Shown: positions 50,423 to 62,579, counted from the first letter of the stretch. The stretch: DNA of 64,000 nucleotides from Amoebophrya sp. A120 (GCA_905178155.1 CAJINV010000007.1:2523151-2587150), one strand, 5' to 3'. Notes: generated from the letters alone by a model not told the origin. A program made the numbers and translations.

Positions 50423-53400
50423 TCAATTCTCATTCTCGATGGCCAGCGCCGCTTTCTCCTCCTCTTGCGCATTGGGGTCCTTCTCGACCGATTCCGCTGC
50501 CTTCTGAAATTGCGCACCGTTTCGCTCGAGCAGGTTGGTCACTTCTTTGTTGAGTCTCTCCGCTTCGTCCGGAAAAAACTGCGCGACGATCTTCTGCTCC
50601 TCGTCCAAAAACTGTCTTTGTAGCGCTAGATCCTCGTTGTGGAGGCACTGGAGAAAGGAGACGAATCTGAGCATGACCGGGTGCGACCCGTAGACCCGTT
50701 CGAGACATTCCAGGATGACCTCGCAGATCTTCGTCCCGTCCTGCTTGTTTACCGTTTCCAGATTCGCTAGCAGCCCCTCGTGGAAGTAAAACCAGGACGC
50801 GGCAAAGACCATGTAGTGGTGCTTGGACATCGGCGCTTCCGGCGTATATGCGTCGGCGGCCGAGCAGCCCTGGCGACGCATGAAATCCTGCTCCGCCTGG
50901 CGGCAACGCTGCGCGAACTCGGGGGTGGCTGTTTTTTTTTGATGTTTGGGGGAAGTGATGGCGTAATTTTGTTCTTCGAGGACCAAATGTAAATTCCTGC
51001 CGCATACAATGAGATGACACGAGCTACGTACTGACTATGGAATGCATCAGCTGCAACGAGAAACCTCGAGCGAACGATGAAAACCAAAACGAAATCAAAG
51101 CGATACCTTTCTGTCCGCACGCTCGACAGCTGAGCGGGTGATTCCAGACTTCCGCCGGGTCGACATTATGCGTGCAGAATTCGTCCGCCCCGCAGCTCGG
51201 ACACGTGAAGCACCTCGTGATCTCCAAAGCGCTTTTCCAGCGTGGATTCTTCTCCTTTTCAAACTCCAGATGGCTCTTCTCCTGACTCTTTACCGGCGCG
51301 TAACAATCCGGAAACCCGACAAAATCCACCGTCAAGGGCTCGCCTTTTTCTATCGGCTTCAGCGCTCTGATCTCAACAGACGTGGTCATGAAAAATCCAC
51401 CCGGATTGCTGCTGTTTATATTTTGCTCACCCGCAGAACAAGTTAGTGCAGAAGTTTCTGGCTGACAGGCGATGAAGGAATCCCCAAACCCTTTGTTGTT
51501 TTCGTTCAGGAACCTGCGCATCAGCGGGCCGATGAAACAATTTGGGGTCGAGCTGTGCTTTACGACGGCTGGCAGGGCGTAGGCCGCGACGGCTTCGCTG
51601 GAATTGTCGTCCCAATCTTCGGCGATGGAAATCCACTGGTCGTCTTTATCGTCCAGCACGTAGCAGTTCAAGTAGATCTGCAGCAACGCATCCAAATCGT
51701 TCTTCGTGATTTTCTTCTGGAACTCCGGCCTCAGCCACTGCTCGTGAAGCTCGATCGCCAAGTCCGCGGTCTCGAGCTCACGCAATTCCTGCTCCTCCGG
51801 CGCAGGTATGGCGCTCTCAAGCGTTAGACTCTCAACTGCTACATGAATTTGCAAGAACGCAAAAACAGCATCAGCGCTGAAGGGGCTGGCTTGCTGCTTT
51901 CGCATCACAGATTTGGCACCGATTTAGATGCTGTCTAGTAGCCTTTCGGAGATTTGTCATGCGATGAAGCAGCTTGAAGATCATCTGGCGGCCGCGGCTT
52001 GCGGTAGTTTTGCGTGACAAATTCATGTAACAGTTGAGCATGTGCCGTTTGAGAACGCCATAGCAAGCTGGTTCATGTTTGGTATGGCGAGTTGCCGCAT
52101 TTCGGCAGATGAGCCCGGATCTGGTGGTGCTGCGTCCGCATGATCACTGATCTCGATCACGTGTGGATTTTCGACGCCCGCACAAGTACTGGAGGCCGAA
52201 GCTGGCGTTGTACTTGGTTTCTGCTGTATCACCGCCATTGCCAACGCCGGCGCGGTCACGTTTCCCTCGTGGTCGGTGATTTCGCTAGGCCTCACCGCGG
52301 TTTCGTACTCAGCACCACCAGCTCTATACCTATGTCCCGCGGGGTCGCGTTGTAGTTCTACCGAGCCGCCTCCTGCTTGCACTACCGCCACACTAGCCTC
52401 GTCGTTGGCGTCGAACAAAACGCGGGTAGAGGAGAGTTCGTCTTGGGCGGGACTCGAACCTGCACCGTCCTTGTCGGGTAAAGCAGATTGATGTTGACTG
52501 CTGTGCTGTTGTGCTGCTACTGATGAGCTACCGCCTCTTGACGATGATTTCGGGCTCCTCACCGCAAGCGCGTACTGGTACTCCTCTTGTAGTTCCTCAA
52601 CATTGCTTCGCTCGCAGAACTTCCGAAAAGAGTCGTTCTTCGTCAGCTGCTGCTCGAGAATTCGGAGTCGGTCGATTAGTTTCGTAACCCTTTCCTCCGC
52701 ACCGGGACGCTTCGAAGGGGAACTGACGTCGAGTAGGGTGGCAGGAACAACTGCACTGGCGTTGTTCTCCGAAGTGGTTGTAGTTGTGCCATCCTCTGTT
52801 GAAACCTCGTCGTCTTTCTGCGCCGGATAAAGCCGGGTATATCTGTGTGTGTTTTGGAGTTGCGGAGCTTTTACTTTTTGTCTTGCAAGACAGTGCACAT
52901 GAATGGTGATGCACAGCACATGAAGATGTTCATGTTCTTGCACATGCTAGTGCTACTGCTTTCTGGTTCAATGGAAATACTTCACGTCGTCGGAGGGAAA
53001 TCGGCCTAGCAACTGGGTGGCTTCTGAAACGCGCTCAAAATGTCCACTACCATGGCCATGGGACGCCAGGCGGCGATAGGGAGTGGCGCTGTCGAAGTGT
53101 TTCTTTTGGCCCCAGAGCCCAACACAAGAAACACAAAAAGAAGACGCGCAAATTGGACAAGTTCCCAGCTGCAAGTTGCCAGAAAAGGCCTCAGTTAGCG
53201 GCCAGGCACAAATGCGAGGGCCTAGGGCGGAAGGTCACCGGGCCCCTCCGGCCAGGCAGCAGCAAAAGGCGCAGCGGTCTTGTTCAACAGGTCTCGGCTG
53301 ACAGGCTTTTTCGACAAGTTGGGGCCGCCAAGTTGCAGAAAAAGCTCGTCTTTTCGTTTCTTCGCAGCTATCGCAGCCAAGAAGCCGGCTTGCACCCAAC

Positions 53401-55118
53401 CGCGCGCCCAGCTGCGCGCCCAACAATAGCGAGGAAGCATCGCCCGAGCCAAAGAAGCCAAGCCAGACCAAGCGCGCGCACTTGCTCGCGGCAATCATTT
53501 GGAGGCCTTTTTCTGCAACTTCGGGCCGCCAAGTTTCAGGAAAAGGCCTCTTTTCCCTTTTCCGGGCGCTTCGTGCTCTCTCCCATGCCGGCCAACCGAC
53601 CCCCGCCAGCAGGGCGGGGGCGCCGGTCTTGAGTACTTTCTGCAGCAAAACATACAGCGCGGCCTTTTTCTTCAACTTGGAGCTGCCAAAGTACAGAAAA
53701 AAGCCGTATTTTCTGTTGTTCAAAAAAGCAGAATGTGGCGCAAAAAAAGGCAGTCGAATTCGGGAAGAAAAGGCGCAAAAAAATGAACACGCTCAGACAA
53801 GCAAAACGTCCAAAAAGTGACACGCAGTTGACACGCAGTTGAGTCCAAAAAGTGACACGCAGTTGACACGCAAAGTGATACGCAAGTGACACGCAGTGCG
53901 TGTCACACTGCGTGTCACTTGCGTACCGCAATGCGTGTCACTGCGTGTCACCAGAATATAGGTGCAAAAAGTGACACGCACTCAGTGCGTGTCACCGTAT
54001 ACCATCGGGGAAGACCAAAAGACGACAGGCGTTGTCTCTCTCCTGCACGGTATGGTAGTGACACGCATCTAGTGCGTGTCAGTGCGTGTCACTTTTTGCA
54101 CCTATATTCTGGTGACACGCAGTGACACGCACGACCGAATCGCTGGTGGCGAGAATACAGGCGTGAAGAGTGACACGCACTTGACACGCAGTGAGTGCGT
54201 GTCACACAATACCGTCGGTGAAGGATATTTCCAAAACTTTCCAAAACCTCTCTCCGGTCTGTAAAAGTGACACGCACTGACACGCACTCACTGCGTGTCA
54301 ATTTACAGAGCGGTTTGACAGTACACACTCGTCAAAAACGAGAAACAGGTCGTGTTTGACGAGTGCGTATCAGTGTGCGTGTCACTCTGCGTGTCACTTT
54401 GCGTGTCAAAAAAAAGGCGGAGTGCGTATCACTCTGCGTTTTTGAAAGCTCCCAAAAATTTGCCGAAAATCTACCAAAATCCGAAGGAAAGGCTCAAGGA
54501 AAGGGACAAGGGGAAGGGGCCGCTATGTGGCAGGCCATACAGCTACGTGCAGGCGCACCGGCCGGGAAGGCCTCGCGGCCCGCCAGGAAGCCGCCGGTTT
54601 GTCCTCAGACACGGTGGGGCGCTCCATTTTCTCCGGTTGGGGGCCCCTCCCAACCGGAAAAAATCGAGAATCCCACCGTGTCTGAGGACGGGCCGGCGGC
54701 TTCCCGACGGGCCGTCGAGGCCTTCCCGTGGCGCCTGTTGCTGTTCTTTTTTCGCCTGCTGCTTTCTGGTTCAATGGAAATACTTCACGTCGTGGCGAAC
54801 AGAAACACAAAACCGCAGATACTCGAACACAACCCTGCAGACCGTTTCCAGCAGGGTTTCCGTGTGTATCGCCCGAACGTTCTTTAGTGCGATGTTTTCC
54901 AGAAACGGGCCTTTTAACACGTTGTCCGTGTACCGAAAATCGGCGTAGTAAGACGGGTCGAGCAGGGCGCGGTCGCTGAAAAGGATTTTGCCGACCTTGC
55001 TGCATGGCTCGCTCGCTACGAGGCAACCGTGGTTCTTGGCAAGGTCCGGCTTCACGGAAGGGCCATAGAGGGCCGTGGCCCGGTCGGAAGAGAGAGCCGC
55101 TGACGACGACGGGAACAT
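50423..55118 (-). CDS. SMYD-like SET-domain protein (divergent)
   Basis: N-SET HGCLVASEPCSKVGKILF (54771-55118), long insert (52023-52842), C-SET KHSSTPNC...EIRALKPIEKGEPLTVDF, post-SET FTCPSC...CRAC and helical C-terminus; GT-AG intron 52843-54783; junctions near 51000 and 51830 unresolved. Confidence 0.65.
51830..52049. mobile_element. TIR introner (~220 nt), exact junction unresolved
   Basis: 21-nt TIR ctcaactg.tacatgaatttg; internal gcatcaca and tttgtcatgc motifs; no clear TSD. Confidence 0.7.
52956..54793. mobile_element. 1.8-kb intronic insertion flanked by a 35-bp direct repeat
   Basis: ctgctttctggttcaatggaaatacttcacgtcgt at 52956-52990 and 54759-54793. Confidence 0.75.
53815..54410. 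repeat. gtgacacgca/tgcgtgtcac motif array with a 51-bp perfect inverted repeat
   Basis: dozens of tgacacgca copies in both orientations; 53932-53982 is the reverse complement of 54081-54131. Confidence 0.9.
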
Positions 55119-56059
55119 CTTCTTCTGGAAAGATCAAGGATGTATTCTAGGTGGCGCAGCTGAGTCCTTTATTCGAAATAATTTCGATAACTTTGAATTT
55201 ACTACTTGATGAAGTGATCGCGAACAGCAACAATATGCACGGCAATTGAAGCCAATCATCAGGAGGTCCTGGACGTGGTCAGCGTCGAAATAGATGCGCG
55301 ACCGAAAGTAAGAGCATCCTGCTTGTTGCCATCTTTCTAGCGCCGAATGAGGCTCGGGCTCGAGCCCTCTCCTCTACAAGGGACATCGGGATGCAACCAA
55401 TGAAGATGAATAAGGAGATGGCCATCGTATTGACGCACCAATAGACTTATGAATGTTATAGGCTAGCAGATTACTAGCACGCGCTGACCCCTATCACCTA
55501 GCGGCATTCTGATTTCCCTCCTCCGCATCTCTCTCCGTCTCTCCTTTCCTGTCCCTGTGTCGAAATTCAACTGCGGCAAGAACGACAAACGAGAAGTGAT
55601 GTAATTGGAAATGGACCAGGATAAGGATGACCAATAACCGTCAAAAATACTGCTTTGGCTTTCGCCTTCACACTGTAGTCGGAATGCTCTCGTCAATCTC
55701 TATCTCAATGACCGCCTCCTTCTCTCATCACTAAAAAGAACGCCTCCTTTTGTCACCTCCCTCTCGTTTCCTCTCTTGGTACGAACTGCATGGCCCTGTC
55801 GCTTACTACTCAGGATTTGGATTGTTGTTTTTCTCGTTTGCCTATACTCTGCATCTGTTTCTGTTCAGTTGTGGTACAATACGCATCGGCATCAACGGAT
55901 TAAAGCGCTCATCATGTAGGACTACGCCCACGCCCACCAAGCACAGAAAACGAAAAAGTGGTCAGCACCCAATATTGCGAGCTTCTTCTTTCCCAGGCCG
56001 TGCCATGTGATGTCGTAGTCGTTGCCGAAGTCCTCCTAGTCGCTGTCAGATTTGTTTGA

Positions 56060-59000
56060 TTACAAACTCACAAACTCCTCGGGTGGATCATACTTCTTTT
56101 TCCCACCTCCGCCACTTCTCCCCGTCCTCCCTTCCCCGGTCCGAGCCCCATCCCCGATGTCCGGGCGCGCGCAGGGGTCAAATGCCTCAAATCCGGGGTC
56201 GAACTTCTCCGCGCCGGTGGTCGAGAGGTCCTGCGTTGGGTCGAAGTAGAAGCCGCTGAGGAGATCGGCTGTGGATTCGGAAAGCGTCGAGTGGTTGGAC
56301 TTCGGACCGGAAGACGACGTCCCTGTTGCCGCGGAAGGTTGCCGACCTGACAATTATATTTTTGAGCGATGGATAATTATATCATGATCTTCAGGCTGAG
56401 TCATAGTAATTTATTGCCCTAAGTGAAGGAGTATTTTTTGAAATAGCGGCGACCACTAATGCTCACCATGCACGCACTAGCAGCAAAAATCTGGATCACG
56501 AGCACGGAGCCGCTAGTCAGATTAGTACCATAGGCTGCGTAGATGTCCTTTCCCGCAGACACCCCTGGCGCACCAGCAGATGTGTTGCTTGCCATTCCGG
56601 ATGAACTAGACACCGCAGCACCGTAGGCTTTGGGGTCGATCTGCCCCACCATGTTCGGTGGCACCGCCGCGAACTTGTACGTATTGCCCTGAAACGGTCT
56701 CGTCGCCGGACCGACCCCACCGTAATCCCGATTCGACAAAAACGCTTCGAATTGCTTCTCCCGCTTCAGCATCTCGTCCTCCTCTTCCTTTTTCTTCTGT
56801 TTCGCTTCTTTCTGCGCCTTTTCCTGTTGCTGTCTCTCCTCCAACACCCGCTGTCTTCGCAACTCCACTTCCCTGCGTAAGTTGTCTTCCTTCTGCTTCG
56901 CCGTCAGTTCCTCGAATCGTATGCGGTTCTTGACCCTGACCTCCTCGAGCTTCTTCCACTTCTGCAACACAAATTTTCGCACCGGCTCTAGGTCCTCGTC
57001 GAAGTCCAACTTCTGGGCCGTCTCCAAGTCCGTACGGGCGGCGTCCCAGCGCTGCAGTTTTCTATTTGTATTTCGGAAAAAGAATCGTATCGGTCGCACG
57101 CCTGTAACTGAATAAATTATGCTAAATCATAGTTAAGAAGTAACAGTAGGTAAAAACAAAAAAGGAAAAGGAATAAAAAAAAAGCAACTCATCCGCATCA
57201 AAATCTGATGACTTCTTGACCTCGGTACCTATTGGCCTTCCCCCGTACCCGAAATGCTTTTGCCGAGTCCGGGTTTAGTTCCAGTGCCTTGTTGCAATCC
57301 CGGACCGCGGTTGCTGGCTTCTTCAAGCGCAAGTAGTATTCTGCGCGTTTTGCAAACTGCATGGCCGTTCCCCGCCCCTGCTTCAGAATGAGCGTCATGT
57401 ACTTCACAGCACTTGCAAAATCTCCGAACTCCGCCGATTCCGCCGCGGTCTGGCTCCACTCCGCACAGTTCGATTGCTCCTTCGCCGTCGGCTCTGTGCC
57501 GCAATTATTCGGGAGATTTTCCTCCTCCACCAGCTCGGCGTGCTGTCTCTCTTCATCCTCAGCGTCGGAGGGGATTTCGAATAATTGCTGGCTTTTGCTG
57601 CTTTGGTTTGCTGTATTTGTGTTTCTTGCTGTCGTTTCATGATTTGGCTGATTTTTGTACGCGGAGCTGCTGCTCGTTGAGTTGTGCGATTACAGCTTGG
57701 ACGCCCATTAGATATAGGGGCGGTGAATTTCCAGTGATTTTAGAGGTGGCGCACAATTGGGGGGCTGCTCTTTCGGGTATTAGTGGTTCGTGGGGCAAGG
57801 GCTAGCAAAAATAGAGGCGATGGCATCACTGTGCTCGTCATTATCGCTCCATTACATTGATGGCCATCCCCCTCCGCGCAACGCCCAAGCCACCACATCT
57901 GATTTCTTGTTTTTTCGCAAAGGGATTCATTTGATGGCTTCATGATTTTCTCCTTTCCTTCTTAACCCTTCAACTTCCGTGTCCCAATTTTGGGCAACAA
58001 AAATCGCACAAAAACAGCACCCACTTCCATCGGGAAAGGCTTCCACTCAAACATCAATCGCCATGGTGTGACGAAGATGACTTTTTTGCTAAAAATCATC
58101 GATGCGGAGTGCCGTGCTGTTTGGCGCCAAAAAGCAGGTTAAAAGCACCCCCTTTCCCGATGGTGTGCTGCGATCGGTGAGTTTAGCGGTGAATTTAGAA
58201 ATGGGCGGCCGGTGAATTTAGGAAATGGTGGCCGGTGAATTTAGCTTCCCCCCACCTGATTCTGGATTCCCGGCCGCCACAAAACAAGCACCCATCTTGC
58301 CCTTCATTTCTAAATTCACCGGACCCAAAAAATCTGATCCAGAACAATGACCGTCGCATTTGCTCAAGAAAGTGCCAAACCTTTGGAGCATGCACGCACA
58401 AATACGAAACGACCGAAATTCTATTGCATCTTAAGGTCGCGCGAAAAATCAAATTAATGGAACTTGCCTTAGCAAAAGGCGTCGGCCAGCTCCAGACACC
58501 AAAGCCCGGCCAACCAGCCAAAACACCCAGAAAACAACACGAAGCGCGCGAAGTTAGTTTGCAACTGGCCGGGCTAGGATTCGAGCGTTGGAAATGCAGC
58601 TACGTATTATGGCTCCCCAGCCCGTGCTTTTTTCCTAGAAAATTTCCGCCGCTAGCGGAAGCCTGTTGAGATGTACGCTGCTACGGTTTTTCCATCGGTG
58701 GGCTTCGATACTTGCAGCAGGAAATATGTTGCGGCGCCACTCACTAAATTCTGGCAGGCCCCTAAAATCACTTGAAATTCACTCTGCTGAAATCTAATGG
58801 CCGTCCAAGCTGTAATTGTGCGAGTACCTCTTCGTCGTCGCATCTTCTGCGGACTCTACTTTCGGCGCTGTCGTGTCGGCGACGAAAACGGACTCGGTGC
58901 CCCACTTGTTTCGCTTTCGCTTACTGGGTTTATTTGTCTCGCCGACGTCCTCCACTTCGTTTTCAGATAATGGTAAGGGCCGCTTCAACATGGTCGAAGT

Positions 59001-59288
59001 CCCTGACTGGTCGGCTAGTACAACCGTGGCTGCGCCATCGGTCGTGGGATGGGTACTGCTAGTAGTTGTCGATGTCGTCGATTTGACTTTATTAGCGTCA
59101 GCGGGACTGTCGACGCGGAGACAGTCACGTGGTGGCTCTTTTTCCCGCTTTTCAATCTGCTTTTGTGCGTCGCTGATAAACTCTCGGAAGAAATCCATCT
59201 CGTCGCGAAATAGCAAGTCGTGGCTGGCGTCTTTGCTCCAATAGCTCACGACCTCTCGCGTTTTGGAGTACCAGATCGGGTCGACCAT
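56060..59288 (-). CDS. Hsp70-interacting protein (Hip/ST13)-like TPR co-chaperone, 4 exons
   Basis: N-terminal LLFRDEMDFFREFI (HipN-like); TPRs AKRAEYYLRLKKPATAVRDCNKALELNPDSAKAFRVRGKA and AARTDLETAQKLDFDE; GT-AG introns 57062-57228 and 56347-56528; TIR element 57683-58816. Confidence 0.8.
57683..58816. mobile_element. 1.13-kb non-autonomous DNA transposon acting as an intron
   Basis: ~58-nt TIR attacagcttggacg.ccattagat...gtgaattt..agtgattttag; TSD tgtgcg; removal joins YSH-NSTSS in frame; internal gcggtgaatttag-like repeats at 58185-58245. Confidence 0.85.
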
Positions 59289-60388
59289 TTTGATTTTCCG
59301 ATTATCTTAATTTCAATTTTTTGTGTTGTTAGACGAATGAGGAAGTCCTCCCGAACAGGTGGGTGTGGTGGTGTTCAGATATTTGAATTCGATATCGTTG
59401 TAAAACAGAATGGGACCCGTCTGTATCAACAACTAACTCGATGCAGTCTAGTACTGCAGCGGGAGGTAGATGTACTAGTACAACTCATACTTACTTCTAG
59501 AAACGCCATCGGCTTTCTAACCAACTAATTTCTTTCTAAGCGTAGGCCAAGCGCCTCTTTAGCGTGCTGTTTGCAACCCGAAGAGCAGCATGATATTTGC
59601 ATTTTGGTTTAGCCTGAAAAAATGCGATGAAGGCGACCACGGTGAAAGAACTTAAACAGGCTAGGCGAACTGGTGCGTGTCATGATGCAAATAGGAAATC
59701 TGTTTTGGACAATTTTTGGGCTTCCTTTTGATGTAAGATCGCCATCGTCATCACTGCGAGAAAAATGAATATATGTGAAGATAAGTTAGCTCCGAACACG
59801 ATAGGAATAAAAGCGATCTTGTATCTCGCTTGGACGAGGAGGTGCGACATTGCTGCAGGGCTGTCGCTGGTCGCGCGCCACTACAATTTCTTTCTCCATG
59901 CGCTTTGCGATTGCTCGTTCTGATGACACGAGGAAGTAAAACTCAGGTACAAAGGTTTTTCATATCAAATTTTCATCGTACTAGGGCGGGACCTAGCGTC
60001 GAAAAGGGAGGCAGAAAAAAGCCTAACGGTACCGCGAAAAGCGCAAATTCATCAACATGCTGCTGCTGGCGCAATAATGGAGTGCATTTTTTATATGTTC
60101 AAAAGCGAACAAGGCCAACAGAAACTGAAAACTCAAACGCAATGCGTCAAATCCTGCGACTACATTTTTTGCACTAGCAGTTACTATACCGAAGTATTCA
60201 TTTTTGTAGAAGTTTAAGAATAAGAACATGAAAACGGTAATGCCGCCTCTACTCGTTTGCATTCTTTCTAAAGAGTTCTTGATGTTCTCCCTCGAAGTAC
60301 ATGTTGTACATGCAGCTCGTTCAACATCTAGTACCGCCGTTTTATTATTATTACTAAGCTCGTCCGATCATGCAGGAAAAGGAATGTC

Positions 60389-61243
60389 TTACAATTCCAT
60401 TCTCGGGAAGCAGCACCGGTTGAAGTTGAACATACCGTCCCAGCACTGGGTGTTGCCGTTTGGGCCGAACTTCGGATCGCAGCAGGTGTCGTAGTCGAAC
60501 CCGTCCATCCAGCACTCCGTGTTCCCCAGGATTAGTTTTTCCGTGTCGACCGGCTGGCACGACTTTGCGCCGGATGTCCACCCCTCGCCCTCCTCGCGCC
60601 CGTCGTCGGCGACACGCAGCCTGATTTTTTTTGAAGCAAGATTTACATTTCATTTATGTTTTTTTTCGAAGGTCGTGTCGGTGGCAGCTCTCCTTTGCGA
60701 AAGTCTTTTTCGAAGATCGATGCACACAATCAGGTGGATCGAAATCTTTGTAGAGAAAACGCCAAAACGTCCTCGAACTCACGGAAAGCACGGTGGAAGC
60801 AAGTACCAGCACTTCTGCATGCCCTCTTCCTCGCCGAAGACCCACCAGTTGCATTCTGGTACGCTGTTGCAGACCGCAATGCAATTTTCCAGGGTCGATA
60901 CCGCGAACTTATCCGTATTTATGCAGTCGTCAATGAAGCAACCCGCTGCGGCGCCGTAACCTGATTTTTTGTCTCAAGGGTGGACGACGAGGCAGCGATG
61001 AATTCAACAAAGACGAATATGAGCTTTGCTGCGGCCGCCTGCGCCAGCCTGCTTTTGTTTCCATGTCTTACCACATCAAAGAAAAGCTCTCGTACCTGCG
61101 ACATTTGTGAAGAGTGCTTTGCCAGCATTTCTGATCACCGTGTTTTGTTCCATACACGCCGGCCATGTTGTTTCCTGTGCGAGCACCTGCTGCACTGAAG
61201 ACGAAACGAGAAGAGCAGAGGAGACGACGAAGCTGCGAAACAT
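60389..61243 (-). CDS. secreted Cys-rich protein with a PAN/apple-like module, 3 exons (not in the ORF track)
   Basis: signal peptide MFRSFVVSSALLVSS; GT-AG introns 60961-61095 and 60621-60806; ENCIAVCNSVPECNWWVF...KCWLR; two CW.DG.....CC repeats; ends in RMEL. Confidence 0.8.
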
Positions 61244-61723
61244 CTTTATTTCTTTGATAGAATTACGAGGGCACTATGCAAATACTTGATGAGCGGAATG
61301 ACGTCGATGCACTACAACAATCCTGTTTCAGATTCTAGATTCCTAAAGTCGAGACGTAATCTTCATCGAACGAGCGAGCAGTGGCGCGATCGATCAGGAT
61401 CAAAAACAATGCATATGGATATGCAGTGCTTGGCGTTAATTGCATGACAGAGATGATATTGGAAAAAAAGTAGATAAAGATATAGAAAGAAAAAGTACAA
61501 CATCCAAAGCCATACACTTCTTGCTGTTGTTGAGGACCATGCTGCTTCAACGCAGTGGAAAATTTCGGGAGGCAAAACGGTTTTCCACTTCATGCTAGCG
61601 TGCGGTGGATAAAAAATTTAACGTTCTGCTCTTGCTCAACATCATGGTGATGGTGAAGTTGATAACCTCAGCACTTTCATAAGTTTGAGTAATGTTAATA
61701 AGGGCAAAAAAAAACAAAACACT

Positions 61724-61861
61724 CCAACCAACTCGCACCACTCAACCAACTCCGTGACCCCAACCAACTCCACGACCCCAACCAACTCCGCGAACCCAAC
61801 CAACTCGGCGACCCCAACCAACTCCGCGACCCCAACCAACTCCGCGACCCCAACCAACTCC
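61724..61861. repeat. 18-bp minisatellite running into an assembly gap
   Basis: about 7-8 copies of ccaaccaactccgcgacc. Confidence 0.9.
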
Positions 61862-62579
61862 NNNNNNNNNNNNNNNNNNNNNNNNNNNNNNNNNNNNNNN
61901 NNNNNNNNNNNNNNNNNNNNNNNNNNNNNNNNNNNNNNNNNNNNNNNNNNNNNNNNNNNNNNNNNNNNNNNNNNNNNNNNNNNNNNNNNNNNNNNNNNNN
62001 NNNNNNNNNNNNNNNNNNNNNNNNNNNNNNNNNNNNNNNNNNNNNNNNNNNNNNNNNNNNNNNNNNNNNNNNNNNNNNNNNNNNNNNNNNNNNNNNNNNN
62101 NNNNNNNNNNNNNNNNNNNNNNNNNNNNNNNNNNNNNNNNNNNNNNNNNNNNNNNNNNNNNNNNNNNNNNNNNNNNNNNNNNNNNNNNNNNNNNNNNNNN
62201 NNNNNNNNNNNNNNNNNNNNNNNNNNNNNNNNNNNNNNNNNNNNNNNNNNNNNNNNNNNNNNNNNNNNNNNNNNNNNNNNNNNNNNNNNNNNNNNNNNNN
62301 NNNNNNNNNNNNNNNNNNNNNNNNNNNNNNNNNNNNNNNNNNNNNNNNNNNNNNNNNNNNNNNNNNNNNNNNNNNNNNNNNNNNNNNNNNNNNNNNNNNN
62401 NNNNNNNNNNNNNNNNNNNNNNNNNNNNNNNNNNNNNNNNNNNNNNNNNNNNNNNNNNNNNNNNNNNNNNNNNNNNNNNNNNNNNNNNNNNNNNNNNNNN
62501 NNNNNNNNNNNNNNNNNNNNNNNNNNNNNNNNNNNNNNNNNNNNNNNNNNNNNNNNNNNNNNNNNNNNNNNNNNNNNNN
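61862..62579. other. assembly gap (N run)
   Basis: N characters. Confidence 1.

Noticed and set aside
53815-54410. CRISPR-like appearance of the repeated motifs (also 27230-27700)
   Set aside because: Repeats are ~10 bp, in mixed orientation and irregularly spaced; eukaryotic context with no cas genes.
57689-58816. Transposase gene inside the larger elements (also 26453-27776, 52991-54758)
   Set aside because: Only short ORFs with no recognisable DDE, tyrosine-recombinase or RT motifs; no autonomous element seen in the window.
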